Numbered from the stretch's first letter, positions 20,573 to 32,396 are shown. The stretch: 64,000 nt of DNA from Trypanosoma brucei (GCA_000002445.1 CM000208.1:3264001-3328000); one strand, 5' to 3'. Notes: generated from the letters alone by a model not told the origin. Numbers and translations are program-made.

Positions 20573-22357
20573 TTAGTGGCGCAGAAGCTTAAGTTCAAGA
20601 GATATTTGCCCCTCAGGATCGAGATTCATATCACCACGTATAATATCACCGGGGGCTGCCGCAACCTGGCTAAGCATGATTCGCAAAGTTCCCATGAGTC
20701 GGTCCTTTACAAGGTCATTTTTGTCAAGTATGGATATGTGCAGCACATCGCTGCGAATGTCGTACACCTCCAATGCCGCCTCAAAGTTGAAATCAGGGTT
20801 GAGGGTTGAACTAATATACGGGGATTTGCGTGTTTGCTTGCGCAGCTGTAACTTGACGTATGGGTCGGAGACCCCAATAGTTTCTTTGTTCTTCAGATTC
20901 CTGCAGCGTTGCACCGTGACGAAAAGCGTTCCACCCCCGTGGTTTTCAACACCATCATCGTTCGGCACCGTCGAGCGAGTGCTTGGAGGTACGATCGCAT
21001 CGCTTGTCGACTTCAAACTATTCGCAAATGATTCCGATACCGCACGCGACGGCGCCTGTTGGGGAGCGGAACCTGTTGTAGTTGTCCCACCGGTGTTATA
21101 CGGTAAAAACTCAGGCATGATTAATAGCTTCGAGCGAACTGTTGTCCTTGAACCGGATGTTTTCGACATCATGCAGGTGTATTCGCGGCCTTTGCTCTCC
21201 ACCAAGGACTTCACAGGCACAACACACTCACCAATTAGAACGTCGTACCCAGGCACATCAAAATACATCCAAAAATGCAAGGTGAGTTCTGTGTCGTACA
21301 AAATGAAACTAAATACGTCACTAAACGTCGTGTCCAACCCGCTGTAGATATTGCTTTTCAGAAGCCTCTTCTTCGGGTCTTCACCGGACATCAACAGTTT
21401 GATGTAATACGGCGTCTTCGCCCGGTCAGACACGTAGCGGTGGTACCACTCGTTTGCCCGCAGAAAGCGAATGCGTAGAGTTCCCATAGCAGAGTCAGCA
21501 AGAGAAGTGTCCATTTCATATCCCTGTACTATTGGAAAGGTCCACCTTTTGGGATATTGCATCATACCAACCAATGTCTTCCGGAAGAAATTGTCCAGAA
21601 AGGAACCCACGGCTGGTACGGCATCCAATGCCACTCCACCTGCTGAAATGTCGAAATTGAGCATCCATAGTTTCATAATCGAAACAGACATGTTCCCGAA
21701 GCAGGGCCACACGGAAACATATGGAAATAGCACAACTCTTGTTTGCATGCTGAGTTGCAACCGACGCACGTGGACGTTCATATCCGGACCTGGCATATCT
21801 AAATGAATAACAATGTCCATATCACTGTCCCATGTCATCGTAACATCCAATATCGACTCCTTCTCCCGACTGGGATGATACTGGATACCGGTGATTACGA
21901 ATGGTTGGCTGCCCATAGTGCACTGTTTGAGATTCATGCTGTAAATAAAAGAAGGCTTATAGGTCTCAAGAAGTGGTTCAAGGCAATTCTTCACCGTTGT
22001 CGCTGTCGCTTCGGAGATAGGTTTCCACATTTCGTTAATGAGGGAGTTCAACCACTGGACATTGTTCGCGCTGGGGTTGATGAGCCACTCAGGTAAATCC
22101 CTTTCAAGAACTGTTTTCATGAACTCCTTGTCCCTCATAAGACGGTGGGCATGAAGAATGTTGAATGCCGTTCTTTTGCCCTCCTTTCGAATCAGATACG
22201 ACACCGCACCGACGACCAGAGCAACTTCCACGAGCAAAACGAGTCCAATGGAATAGATGCATCGCAGTACAAGCCACGCAATTACCACCGCCAGAAAGAT
22301 GTGACTGGGGTTATTGAGCTCACCGAAGCGCTGCATCAGTTCATTTGCCTTTTCCAT
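20573..22357 (-). CDS. Extended-synaptotagmin/tricalbin-like protein (N-terminal TM hairpin, SMP lipid-transfer domain, C-terminal C2 domain), ~594 aa
   Basis: A hydrophobic N-terminus is followed by an SMP-like segment (WLNSLINEMWKPISEA…). The C-terminal C2 is GGGTLFVTVQRCRNLKNKETIGVSDPYVKLQL…ISILDKNDL. The first ATG (MEKANELMQ) is at 22355-22357. The track start is a TTG. Confidence 0.65.
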   Translation of the reverse strand: MEKANELMQRFGELNNPSHIFLAVVIAWLVLRCIYSIGLVLLVEVALVVGAVSYLIRKEGKRTAFNILHAHRLMRDKEFMKTVLERDLPEWLINPSANNVQWLNSLINEMWKPISEATATTVKNCLEPLLETYKPSFIYSMNLKQCTMGSQPFVITGIQYHPSREKESILDVTMTWDSDMDIVIHLDMPGPDMNVHVRRLQLSMQTRVVLFPYVSVWPCFGNMSVSIMKLWMLNFDISAGGVALDAVPAVGSFLDNFFRKTLVGMMQYPKRWTFPIVQGYEMDTSLADSAMGTLRIRFLRANEWYHRYVSDRAKTPYYIKLLMSGEDPKKRLLKSNIYSGLDTTFSDVFSFILYDTELTLHFWMYFDVPGYDVLIGECVVPVKSLVESKGREYTCMMSKTSGSRTTVRSKLLIMPEFLPYNTGGTTTTGSAPQQAPSRAVSESFANSLKSTSDAIVPPSTRSTVPNDDGVENHGGGTLFVTVQRCRNLKNKETIGVSDPYVKLQLRKQTRKSPYISSTLNPDFNFEAALEVYDIRSDVLHISILDKNDLVKDRLMGTLRIMLSQVAAAPGDIIRGDMNLDPEGQISLELKLLRH

Positions 22358-22909
22358 GGTTGCTCGAGGGTACCACACCGACTCTTTTGATAAATATGGC
22401 AATTTCGCTGGTTCGAATGGGTATATATATATGTATCTGGATTCAACTCAAACACCGAACTGAACACAGAAGGAACCTAACCGGATCCTTTCCGCGTTAC
22501 CGTCCCTCCCCGTTTGCGCTCAAATATCAGAAGCTGCCGTCGGGGGTCTTCCTATTTTTCCCGTCCCTTTGGTGTTATCCCCTGTCTTTCTTGTTAACAG
22601 AGCTTGCTCACCCTCGCTCTCCCCCCCCTTTCGTTTTGTTCTTATATTTAGCTGTTTTTTCCTAATATGAGATGGTATTGCTTGTGCCTTCACCGTGATG
22701 GTGAATGCAAGTAACGACAAAATTCATTGCGAAAAAGTGCCACATAAAGAGAAGTTGCAGAAGGGAGAGAACTTTACACTCAGTAGAATAATACGTGTGC
22801 ACCAAACCATCTCTATGTCAATATACCGACTTGGGGAGTCCCAGCACCTCCATGACACACCAGAGTACAAAGAAACTCTTCTTCACTCCCTACTTTCATA
22901 TCGTTACAG

Positions 22910-23797
22910 CTAATCGAAGTGGGCAGTTACCCATTCGGCCGCAGTATTGATTTCAAGTAGCACATCTGCCGCCGCGCATAACCACCACAAACTGCCCGAA
23001 CTCACTGAACTGGAGGGCAGCCGCTCCTTCCATGCAAATAGTTTGTTAGTGCGGCATGGCGAAATGAAAAGCGCCCAATTAGCGTTGTGAAGCTGCCTTA
23101 AACCTAATGTAGCAGTAGAAATAGTTGATCTCCCAACTTCAGAAAATAGCTGTTCCAGGAGTTTCTTTCCTTCTGGAACGCGCACAACCGACGGATCAGC
23201 GCCCACTACGAAGCAAACGACACCACCACGACTCCTATGGAGACCACTTTGGCTACGATTGGACACACGCATGCCGGCCTCAATAATCGACGAAATGTTC
23301 GGCACGTGAACTATGGTGGGAGGCGTAAGTTCGTTACTGTCATCCCCCGCTGCAACCGGGAACCGACGGGCTTTCAAACGATATGAGCGGGTCGAGTCGT
23401 AACCGTCGAAAGGACGCATTGGCACTACCCACTGCCACCGCCCCGTTCCAATGAGCTGTTCCATCACTTCCGTTTCACTCCCTTCTGTTCCCTCAGGGAA
23501 GTTTATGATTAACGCATCCGTTGGAGCGACTGATAGTTCTATCTGATTATTCTTCTCAGCACCCTTAGCAACCTGATGCTGTGGGAGAAAATGCATTCGC
23601 AACGTGTAAGTCGGGCTGATTGTCACAGTGTTACCATCCGAAGACAGTGGATGAACGATGTTTTCGTCGCTTGAGGAACCACTCAACTGTGAATACCCTT
23701 GCATGGTGCAGCAATATAGGACGTAGGAGTGTACAAAAAAAAGCATCACGACGACTAGTGGGCGTCCATCAAAGAAGTAACGCCACGGCACCGGCAT
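22910..23797 (-). CDS. Hypothetical protein with N-terminal signal/TM segment, ~295 aa
   Basis: ORF on the coding strand of the unit. The first ATG (MPVPWRYFF…VVVMLFFVHSYVLY) is at 23795-23797. No recognisable domain. Confidence 0.4.
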   Translation of the reverse strand: MPVPWRYFFDGRPLVVVMLFFVHSYVLYCCTMQGYSQLSGSSSDENIVHPLSSDGNTVTISPTYTLRMHFLPQHQVAKGAEKNNQIELSVAPTDALIINFPEGTEGSETEVMEQLIGTGRWQWVVPMRPFDGYDSTRSYRLKARRFPVAAGDDSNELTPPTIVHVPNISSIIEAGMRVSNRSQSGLHRSRGGVVCFVVGADPSVVRVPEGKKLLEQLFSEVGRSTISTATLGLRQLHNANWALFISPCRTNKLFAWKERLPSSSVSSGSLWWLCAAADVLLEINTAAEWVTAHFD

Positions 23798-24077
23798 TCC
23801 CCTGCGGACCTCCAAACACGTCTCCACCAACAGGAAAACATATCAAATGCCATCCGTAGATAAATCAAAAGGGTTATGCAACATGAGGAAATAGTGGGAG
23901 CGGGGCTGTGAAACGGAGTAAATGAACTTGAGAACAAGTGCACGCAGCAGCATATGAAAAGAAGCAACCATCGTTTGGGGTTCCACAAACCTCTCCCTGA
24001 CCAAATCAAGGGTATTATTACACCTTCATTTGCACAAAACTTCGCATTTATGGACCCTTCAAGAGCCTTTTTTTCCC

Positions 24078-24731
24078 TTAGTTCAAGTGATCATCGGGGG
24101 AGAGCAACCGCTTCCGCTGCCTTCGCAGATGCTCTGCGAATCCTTCATCATCGGCTTCCATCTCAGCCACAGCCTTCGGCTCTTCGAAAGCAGGGCTGTC
24201 CTCTTTTCGCCCGCCACGCATCTCACGTAGTACCTCATCTTTCACGAAACTGGGTACGGTGGGGGAAGCAAGAATTTGACCAGCCTCAAACCAATAGTTT
24301 TCGCCCGTCGGAGAACCATCATGTGTGTGCCGACGCGTATTTTCATCCTCCGTGTGCGCCCGCATCAACCGCTCCGATGCTACACCACTCATATAACGTG
24401 ACAACTTCTCACTGTAGTGTGTTTGTTGATACCGTGTTAAACCACGTGGGTCCTGATCCCCAATGAGGCGCTGGGCCTCACGCATGAACAAACGGAACTC
24501 TGGTTTATCATTCATGATGCTCTCGAAGTAAGCTGCCGCCTCTTTGGTATGCCTTCCTTCCTCAACTGCCCTCGAGATGTGTGTTTGCATCCACTCACTA
24601 CTCGTGTCACGCTCAACAGCGTCCGAAACCGGTCGTTGACCTCCACATTCCGGAGCACCGTGTGGAGACCATTGTGAGTTACATCTGTGTTGCGGACCGA
24701 ATCGAACGGTAAAAACTCGGTGACACCGCAT
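24078..24731 (-). CDS. Hypothetical protein, 217 aa (basic N-terminus, acidic C-terminus)
   Basis: ATG at 24729-24731. Same strand as neighbours. No family recognised. Confidence 0.4.
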   Translation of the reverse strand: MRCHRVFTVRFGPQHRCNSQWSPHGAPECGGQRPVSDAVERDTSSEWMQTHISRAVEEGRHTKEAAAYFESIMNDKPEFRLFMREAQRLIGDQDPRGLTRYQQTHYSEKLSRYMSGVASERLMRAHTEDENTRRHTHDGSPTGENYWFEAGQILASPTVPSFVKDEVLREMRGGRKEDSPAFEEPKAVAEMEADDEGFAEHLRRQRKRLLSPDDHLN

Positions 24732-25213
24732 TTAAACCGAAAGATGCCTCTAACAATACTCGCGTATTCGTGCTTTTTTTCCCCCCTCCCCTTGTAGCGA
24801 CGTGAGGAATAAACCCTTGCGCTTGACTTATTCTTAGCGCACCCGCAGATGAGCGGTCCACTGCGCAGAGGCTGGACGCATTTATAGGTATACACATACG
24901 TGCGCCATAACCGAGTCAATGTTCAAAGATGAGAAAGTGAAACAAAATAAAACTACGTAGAGTAACAATGCGGAAAAACACCCGCCGCCGCCACAAACAC
25001 CACAAATTTCCTTCAGGTAACCCTAAATAATTAACCCCAACAAAGTTACCAGACACACACTCAAAAAAAAAAAAAAATGTCACAGGCAGGGTGAGAAAAG
25101 ACACCATTTAACGGGAGGTGGTTGTTCTCTCAACCTTCCGCGCACTTTAGCACTCAGCTGTTCATTTTTCAAACCCCTCAAAACGTTACTACAAGTGATA
25201 AATCCATACGCAT

Positions 25214-25555
25214 TCACTCCCGAAGCGAGAAGTGAGTAGGAGAAACGTTATACTTATAAATGTAAACGTCTGGTCGGTGGTGCTTACGATGGGCTTCAAT
25301 TTCTTCCTCAAAGTACGGCTCCTGCGCAAAGCTACTGGGAAGGGGATCGCCAAAGTTTGACCGCGCGAGTTTTGCGAAGGCACCCTGTTTTTTCTCTGTC
25401 GTGTGAGGAGCCCAACTTACGCGCCTTGCGTGACTGATGGCCTCCTTACTAAAAAAATCTTCCGTGCGCACGGAAAGACACCGTGTGGCTGCTGTCAGCG
25501 ATGAACCGTAGCAACTCACCGCCACAGATCGCAGACGCACGCCTCGCAGGACCAT
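25214..25555 (-). CDS. Small hypothetical protein, 113 aa, with Arg-rich presequence-like N-terminus
   Basis: ATG at 25553-25555. MVLRGVRLRSVAVSCYGSSLTAATR resembles a mitochondrial targeting peptide. The call is weak and based on length and strand only. Confidence 0.3.
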   Translation of the reverse strand: MVLRGVRLRSVAVSCYGSSLTAATRCLSVRTEDFFSKEAISHARRVSWAPHTTEKKQGAFAKLARSNFGDPLPSSFAQEPYFEEEIEAHRKHHRPDVYIYKYNVSPTHFSLRE

Positions 25556-27141
25556 CTACAACTTTCCCTCGTTCCATTTGTTTGACATTGTGTCATTTTA
25601 GAAAAAAATAATAAAAATGAATAAGCAAACAGCTGCAACTATGCCATAAACTGACGGCACATATCACACAACCACAGTGGAGACGAAAGAAGTAAACAAA
25701 TGGAAGTGGCACAACACCACCACCAAAAAAAAAATAAGCAACTGTTAGGAGCGGGTGGAGGAGATCGATGGCAGCATCAAATGTTACACGCACAAAAAAG
25801 ACAAACACGCGGCACCCAACCCCCGGCCCTCACGTGGTGACAACTGAACTTTCTGTACAACTCAGAAATAAAGGATTAATTACGGAACCGCCTCGTGGCA
25901 ATCCACACATCCGTCATTCATTAAAATATGCAACAAACGGTGTAGTCATCAGAACCACGCACCCGAAGGTGCTCAACTGCTCATTTAGTTGCGCAGATTG
26001 TGAAAGGACTTCGGAACCGTCTGCTCAAACTATTTTCCCATCCTTCATCGCCGTTTAAGGGGTCGCTTTGCCTCAGAATGTCGTTGCATAACAAAGAGAA
26101 GGAAAGAAAAGGAAAAATAAGATACTTTGGGGTATCTCTCTATTCTCAAAAGTAGCTATGAGTGCGTTATAGTAAGCACAAACAGAAATTATATATATAT
26201 ATATATATATATGTACTCCCATGTTCACGCACCTGAAAGTGAGACAATGACACGGTTGGGAGAAGAGAGGGGAAGACAACAACAAAATATTAATCATGGG
26301 GCCCAGCAAAAAAAAAAAAAACAGCTTTACAGAGGGAAATACAGAAGAACAAGTAGGGAAACAGCAGTAAAGCACCAACACACATACACATCACAAGAGG
26401 TAAAACGAATAAATACAAAAACAAGTACCATCACCACGCACAATCAAATACGGCAAATCGTTTAAGCACAGAAAAAGAGGCGACGCACTTTTCTTTCTTT
26501 ATTTTCTTAATTTTTTTCTTGTTTATTGTTGTTGTTGTTGTCTTTATTCTCACCCCCGCCCTTTCTTTCTTTCCCTCACATTTTCGGAGTCTCCTGTATT
26601 GAAAATGAGAGAAGGGAGGTAAGGGTAAAACCCACCAAAAGGGTGGAGACATGCCCACCCGCTTAAACCCACAAAAGGTGTAAAACTCAAAGGAGTTGAA
26701 CAAGACACATACACATGAAGCATAGCCGTGGTAAATGCGACAGGGAAGAAACAGAGGCACATATCGAATAGAATTTTCTTTTTTTTTTTTTCTCGCTCAG
26801 TGATGGCGTAACCTCACCCCCCTCTGTGTTTTATATAAAAGCAAGAGAGTTGAAAGGGTACACATTCAGGGAAAGGAAGGGAAGAGAAAGGGAGGAGAAG
26901 GGGAACCCACTACCACGAATCCCCTTGAAATATATTCTTTCCAAAATAGACACAATCTAAAGGTGCCGCTGGAATTGCATACATGCTTCCATGTTCGTTC
27001 GTCTGCGGGAAAAAAGTCCAAAAGTAACACTCTTCTTTATATTCCCCACCCTCATTTACCACTACTTTCCACCATCCTTTGTTGTTTCACATAATCAAAA
27101 GGCACTGATAGAAAAAAAAGTGAATATATCCGACACGTTGG

Positions 27142-27146
<5 letters not shown>

Positions 27147-27177
<31 letters not shown>
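27147..27177. repeat. (TA)15 microsatellite in the spacer downstream of GSK3
   Basis: Read directly. A similar (TA)n lies at 26190-26212. Confidence 0.9.
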
Positions 27178-27183
<6 letters not shown>

Positions 27184-27666
27184 TTATTTATATGTATGCA
27201 TGTGCAAGTTTAACAGGAGTACCTTTGTGAGCGCGCAAGGAGTTTCCTTCAACCATCACCACGGCACGCTTCATTGCCCTAAACGACAGCGTCATGCGTT
27301 TCACCCAAGTACCGCCAGCCAAAATCCCACCTACAGCAATTATACTTTTATATTCATATCCTTCTTAATCTTTTTTAGCTCCTCTCTTCCCCACACCACA
27401 TAAGAGTCACATTGTACACTGTTAGTTGCTTCGTTCACCTCACACCGCACCTCACCTCACCTCGCCTTTCCTTCTCCCCCTTTCCTTCCTTTCCCTTTTC
27501 TCGTCTCACATTGCAAGTTTACAGTACCCGATGAAACAAAACGGTCACAAGAGAAGGAAGCGAAGAAGAATAATAACAAAAAAAGAAAGGAGGAAAAGGC
27601 AACGGCAAGGAGCTCATCCATTCAACAATAGTAATAATGATAATATTAAAAATAAGAGGCGGGGTC

Positions 27667-27698
<32 letters not shown>
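27667..27698. repeat. (GTT)10 trinucleotide microsatellite
   Basis: gttgttgtt… is read directly. It generates spurious poly-Q/poly-N ORFs on the minus strand (27519..27971). Confidence 0.9.
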
Positions 27699-29153
27699 TG
27701 AGGAGGTGAAGTGAAAAGCACATATACAGAGAGGGAGATCAAAACCAGTCTTTTCTCCTTTTCCCTCAGTACACATCCTCGATCGGTGGCGGTAGTGCGT
27801 GATAAGGAAAACAAAAACCGCAAACATTACAAAAATGAGAAACCGGAAGCACTGAAAATTGTCGGTGTGTACAAACGAACGCCAGACGCAGTGGTACACA
27901 GACCCTACCGAACCTACGTATGTAACCAGACATGCATATATTAATATATTTATATATATGCGTAAGAGCAAGCGTGTAAATGTAATATAAATATATTAAG
28001 AGACTGTTGCTCCTTCCTCTCATGCATAAATCCGGTAAAGAGATGTGGGGAATAATAACTCCCCTCCCTTCACTCTCCACACATAGGCTCAAGGAAACAA
28101 CTACAGAGGTACATGCAACACCCCTGAAGTTGTCAATTACGTTCAAGCACCGAAGTTTTAAAGCCGTGAGTGAAAATTTAAGTGAGAAAACGAGACATAA
28201 AAAAAAATGTGCAGATGCAAGAAGTGCTACAGGAATGCTGAGACGTCAGAATGATTCATCTTCCATTTGTCTCTGCGTACAACCTCAAAAATCCCCCACC
28301 ACACAGTAAAACAATGAAAAGATTGAAACAAGAGAAGAAAAAGAAGTGATTGCAGAGAAACAACGTCAGAATATTAAATACAAGAAACAAAAGGAGAAAA
28401 CGAAACTGTCAAAATCCGCGTCAAGTTGCAAATAGAGAAGGATACGAAAAGTCACTCGTTGCCCTTCATACCTTTCCTCTTCTTTCCTTTTCTCTTTCCA
28501 CTGCACTAGCTATTCTGGATGACATTACATCGTACATGTGAGGAAAGGCGTGGGTTTGTGTGACTGCTACGCCAAACTCTCGGGTCCTCTGTCGTCACCT
28601 TCCCTCACTCCTCTGGAAAAAAAAACCCAAACAAACGAACAAAAAACCGCCCATTCTTTTGTCTTTTTTCTTATTAATTTATGTGCATTCCTTCTTTTCC
28701 TTTCTCTCAGTTCAGTTCACTTCACTCCCTCTTTCGTTCCCTTCTCTTAACCTCCTCGCCGAACATTAACAATCCCTGTACATCATATTAATAAAGCACT
28801 CCGAAACCTTGTCCCCATTTCCATCTTGCCGCCTCCCTTTTTCTTTTCTTCCCGTGCCACACCTACTTGCTTCATTTTTCTCTAACATATCAACTGTTTC
28901 CATTTGTATCCATGCCTTTGCGCCAGAATTTATTTACTCTCCTGTGTTCGTACTCTAATCATCTATATCTCTCTCTCTTCTCTTTAGAACTAAAACACCA
29001 ACACGAAATAACAAAGATACGCTGCGTATACATTACAATTTCACACTCTTCTCGCTATTAACTCAACAAATCACACCCAAAACATACTGCAGCATCCCTT
29101 CCCTTTTCGGTCCTTTTTCCAACACCTTCGAACACAACTTAAAACACGACCAT

Positions 29154-30212
29154 TTACTTCTTCAGCAGATACTCCCGCTGCGCCTCCGTCATGGCCTCCA
29201 CTTCATCAGGAGTGAACTGATACAAATGCGCTGGGAGGGGATTACCACTGGGAAGCTTCGTTGTTGGCTCCCGCAGCTCATTGAAAAAGGGATGACAGAG
29301 TGCATCCAGAGGTGTAATGCGCTGATCAGGTACGTACTTAAATATTTTTCCGCACAAATCGTACACCTCGGCAGGAAGTGGCTGCTTGAAGACGTTCTCC
29401 CACGGTGTTGCTTTGGCATTTGCATTAATCTCTGTGCTACTCCCATTCAATTTGTGCAATTCCTCCTTCGTTGGTTTTCCAAGTATTTTAACAATCTCAC
29501 GCAACTGCCCAGAAGTGTTCTCACCGCAGAATATCGGTTCACCAAGAAGCATTTCGGCAAATATACAGCCAACCGACCATATATCCACGGCAGTGGTGTA
29601 GAACTGATTGCCAAATATGAGCTCCGGAGCGCGATAGTAACGCGAGCAAATGTAGGCCACATTGGGCTCATCTGCCGCAAGCCTCTTGGCACTTCCAAAG
29701 TCACACAGTTTCAATTCCCCCGTTTGCTCGTCAACGAGAACATTATGTGGCTTGATGTCACGGTGGCAAATGTTGATCACGGGGATGTGAAGACAGGCGA
29801 TACTCCGAAGCAATTGGAACATGAACACCTTCACCAGTATTAGTGGAGGATTTGTCATGCGACGGTAATAGTTCCGGCACGTGCGGTGCAGCGTTTCGGG
29901 GACAAATTCCATCACCACATTGAGATAAACATCGTTGCGCCGTCCTTCCCCACCGACTGTGTAGAAGTAATTCTTCAACATCACAATGTTAGGATGGCGA
30001 AGTCGTGCTAAATGCTGCATAATTTGCAACTCTCGGTTTTTGAAGCGCGGATCTTGTATCACCTTCTTAATTGCTACTAGTGACCCCGTGCTTTTGTCGC
30101 GTGCAAGTTGAACGGTGCCAAACGTTCCCTGTCCTGCCACTCGCTCCACGGTGTACTTTTCCATCTCCTTGTAACTGCGGTCGTCCGCAGCATCGGTAAG
30201 GTTGAGCGACAT
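29154..30212 (-). CDS. GSK3: Glycogen synthase kinase 3 (short form), 352 aa
   Basis: Complete protein-kinase domain: GQGTFGTV glycine loop, VAIKKV, HRDIKPHN, DFG, the SRYYRAPE activation segment with the GSK3-specific YICSRYYRAPELIFG, and a CMGC insert. The length and N-terminus (MSLNLTDAADDRSYKEMEKYT) match my recollection of the T. brucei GSK3-short. My hand count of the ATG was off by one. I kept the track coordinates. Confidence 0.9.
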   Translation of the reverse strand: MSLNLTDAADDRSYKEMEKYTVERVAGQGTFGTVQLARDKSTGSLVAIKKVIQDPRFKNRELQIMQHLARLRHPNIVMLKNYFYTVGGEGRRNDVYLNVVMEFVPETLHRTCRNYYRRMTNPPLILVKVFMFQLLRSIACLHIPVINICHRDIKPHNVLVDEQTGELKLCDFGSAKRLAADEPNVAYICSRYYRAPELIFGNQFYTTAVDIWSVGCIFAEMLLGEPIFCGENTSGQLREIVKILGKPTKEELHKLNGSSTEINANAKATPWENVFKQPLPAEVYDLCGKIFKYVPDQRITPLDALCHPFFNELREPTTKLPSGNPLPAHLYQFTPDEVEAMTEAQREYLLKK

Positions 30213-31926
30213 GTAGTGAATAGTGCGATTTTGAAAACAACAACAACACCAAAAAAATAATTTGATAAAGGAATAAATAAATAGAATAAATAGTGATAAT
30301 CAATCAGTGAGAGAGGAAGCAAAAGCCGCCGATGTCAAACTGATATTATGCCAATGACCCAACGTTAGTGGGCGTGACCGACGACCTACTTGCCCCTTTC
30401 TTTCTTTCTTTTTGTGTTGTTTTATTTTAGTTTGGTGTTATTGTTGCTGTTTTTCGACCAGTCAAGGGAACGCCTAACTTATCTACACCCCGTTCGTTGA
30501 ATACCTTTCCCTGCTATTTTCTTTTTCAGTTTTTTTTTTTTTAAATCCCCCTTGGAGGTGTTTGTTCACTCCTTAACTCTTCTCTCTAACCGCTGCTACT
30601 GTTGTTTCCTTCTGTGCAAATATTTGCTTACCTTCTTTTTTTCCTGTTATTTTGCTTTTGATTCAATTCTCGTGTGGTTGTTCGCTTATGTTAAGTTGTA
30701 TATTAATTTCTTTGTTCCCCTTGTTTTGATCTGGTTCTTTATTTTCTTCTTCCCTGTACTGTCCCCTAAAGATTATTCGAAAAACAGCCGGTGGATCCAC
30801 ACGGCGGACGTAAAAGAATGAAGGTGAGGAAAGTGGTTTTAATGCCGCTACATAGATAGTTTAAAGCACATGCACAGACATACGTGTGGTGGTATCAACC
30901 AGGGTGATGAATTAGAGCGGAAAAACAATAGCAAACAAGCAAGCAAGATTGAAAAAGAAGAAAAAAAGGGAGGGAGTGAAAAATAGTTTCGCAACAAGAG
31001 CAATTAAATACAGAACAAAAGGTAGTGGCTAACCAGAAAAGAAAAGGAAATACCATAATCAACCGGTGAAGGAGAAAGGCACCAGAAAGATAAAGACAAA
31101 GAAAGAACAAGGGGGAAGGAAGAGGAAAAGCGTTGGTTGGAACTATCCGCATGCTGAGAATAACGTTCACTACACCGTTGCGACGCAGTTTACCACTGGT
31201 TTAGGGAAAGCCAGGCGACCAGCACATAACCGTCTCTGGCACAACAAAAAAGACAGTGACATAAACACGAAAAACACGGAAGACGCCACACTATAACCTC
31301 ACTCTTCACTCAACAACACCACCACCAACAAAAAAAAAAAAACAAACCAAATTAAGTCGGAAAACATTAAAAAGTAAAAAAGAAAAAAGAAAAAAACAGT
31401 TATGGCACTTTAGCCCTCCCCTTCCCGCCTCCCCCATCAAAATTACCTTTTAAATCCTTCTTGTGTACCTTCCCATTAATTCCTAATCTTTACCCCTTTA
31501 TCGTTCTTCATCTTACTTTCTGTATTATTCTTCGACTTCTAAGAGAAATAAATTTTCTCTTATATTCACTCACTCCTCTAATCGTTATTCCATTCCCTTT
31601 ATTTTCTGTTGTTTCTTATCGCCCGTTACTCACGCGGAGTGGCTTTCATATACATGCATGCGGTCACAAAACCAAAAAAAAACAAGAGGGAAGAAATAAC
31701 ACACGGCTACGTTTGAAATATTTTTATTGTTGGCATCATCATTCCCCATGGTTACATATTGACAACAACGCAAAACAAAAGGGACCACGGAAGCAAAACA
31801 AAGAAGCAACAATTTTATTTGACAATATCTATAGCACCGCCCCCCCCTCCTCTTGCTCTTCCTTCCTTCCTTTATTTCTTCTTTTCACTCTTTTACATTC
31901 TTCTGATTCGCTTTTGTTACTAACGT

Positions 31927-31947
<21 letters not shown>
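31927..31947. repeat. (TA)10 microsatellite
   Basis: Read directly. It sits in the spacer between the 680-aa hypothetical gene and GSK3. Confidence 0.85.
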
Positions 31948-31957
<10 letters not shown>

Positions 31958-32396
31958 GATAATAATAATAAGGGAATAAGGAAGAAGCAACCTCCGCTCT
32001 CCAACACCACATGCCTCCATTTCCCTCTTCTTGTTTAACCAGTCGGGTTTCTGCTTATCCATTTATTGAATTATATCAATGGTTGATATAAACAAGGGAA
32101 ATATATATATTATCTTCATCTTGCTTATTAACTGTCTCAGAAACTCCTGTGGATGTAAAACAGAACGGAGCGATGAAGGAAATGAGCAAACAAACAAATT
32201 ACGGTCACCATCGACGCCTTATCATCGTCTCTCTCTCTCCCTTACAGGTGCTGGTTATTATTATTTCCCTCCCCCTTCGTTTTTCTCCCTTCTTTTTTTC
32301 TTTTTGTAGAGAAAATATACATTTATCCCACCTTTTATAACTTCCTTTCTGGGAGAATTCTCATGGCATCAATTTTACCTACCCACTTTAACCCAT

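Noticed and set aside
20676-21347. 223-aa plus-strand ORF
   Set aside because: It is antisense within the E-Syt-like gene. It has no motifs and is an antisense-strand artefact.
22405-22425. tRNA-like T-loop match 'ggttcgaatgg'
   Set aside because: It has no acceptor stem, D-arm or anticodon context. The sequence is part of the E-Syt 5' region. I could not support any tRNA gene in the window, although a proper covariance scan was not possible by hand.
27519-27971. 150-aa minus-strand ORF with poly-Q
   Set aside because: The poly-Q comes from the (GTT)10 microsatellite read as (CAA)n or (AAC)n in a gene-free spacer. It has no domain and atypical composition.
29226-29843. 205-aa plus-strand ORF
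   Set aside because: It is antisense to the GSK3 kinase domain, whose coding is unambiguous on the minus strand.
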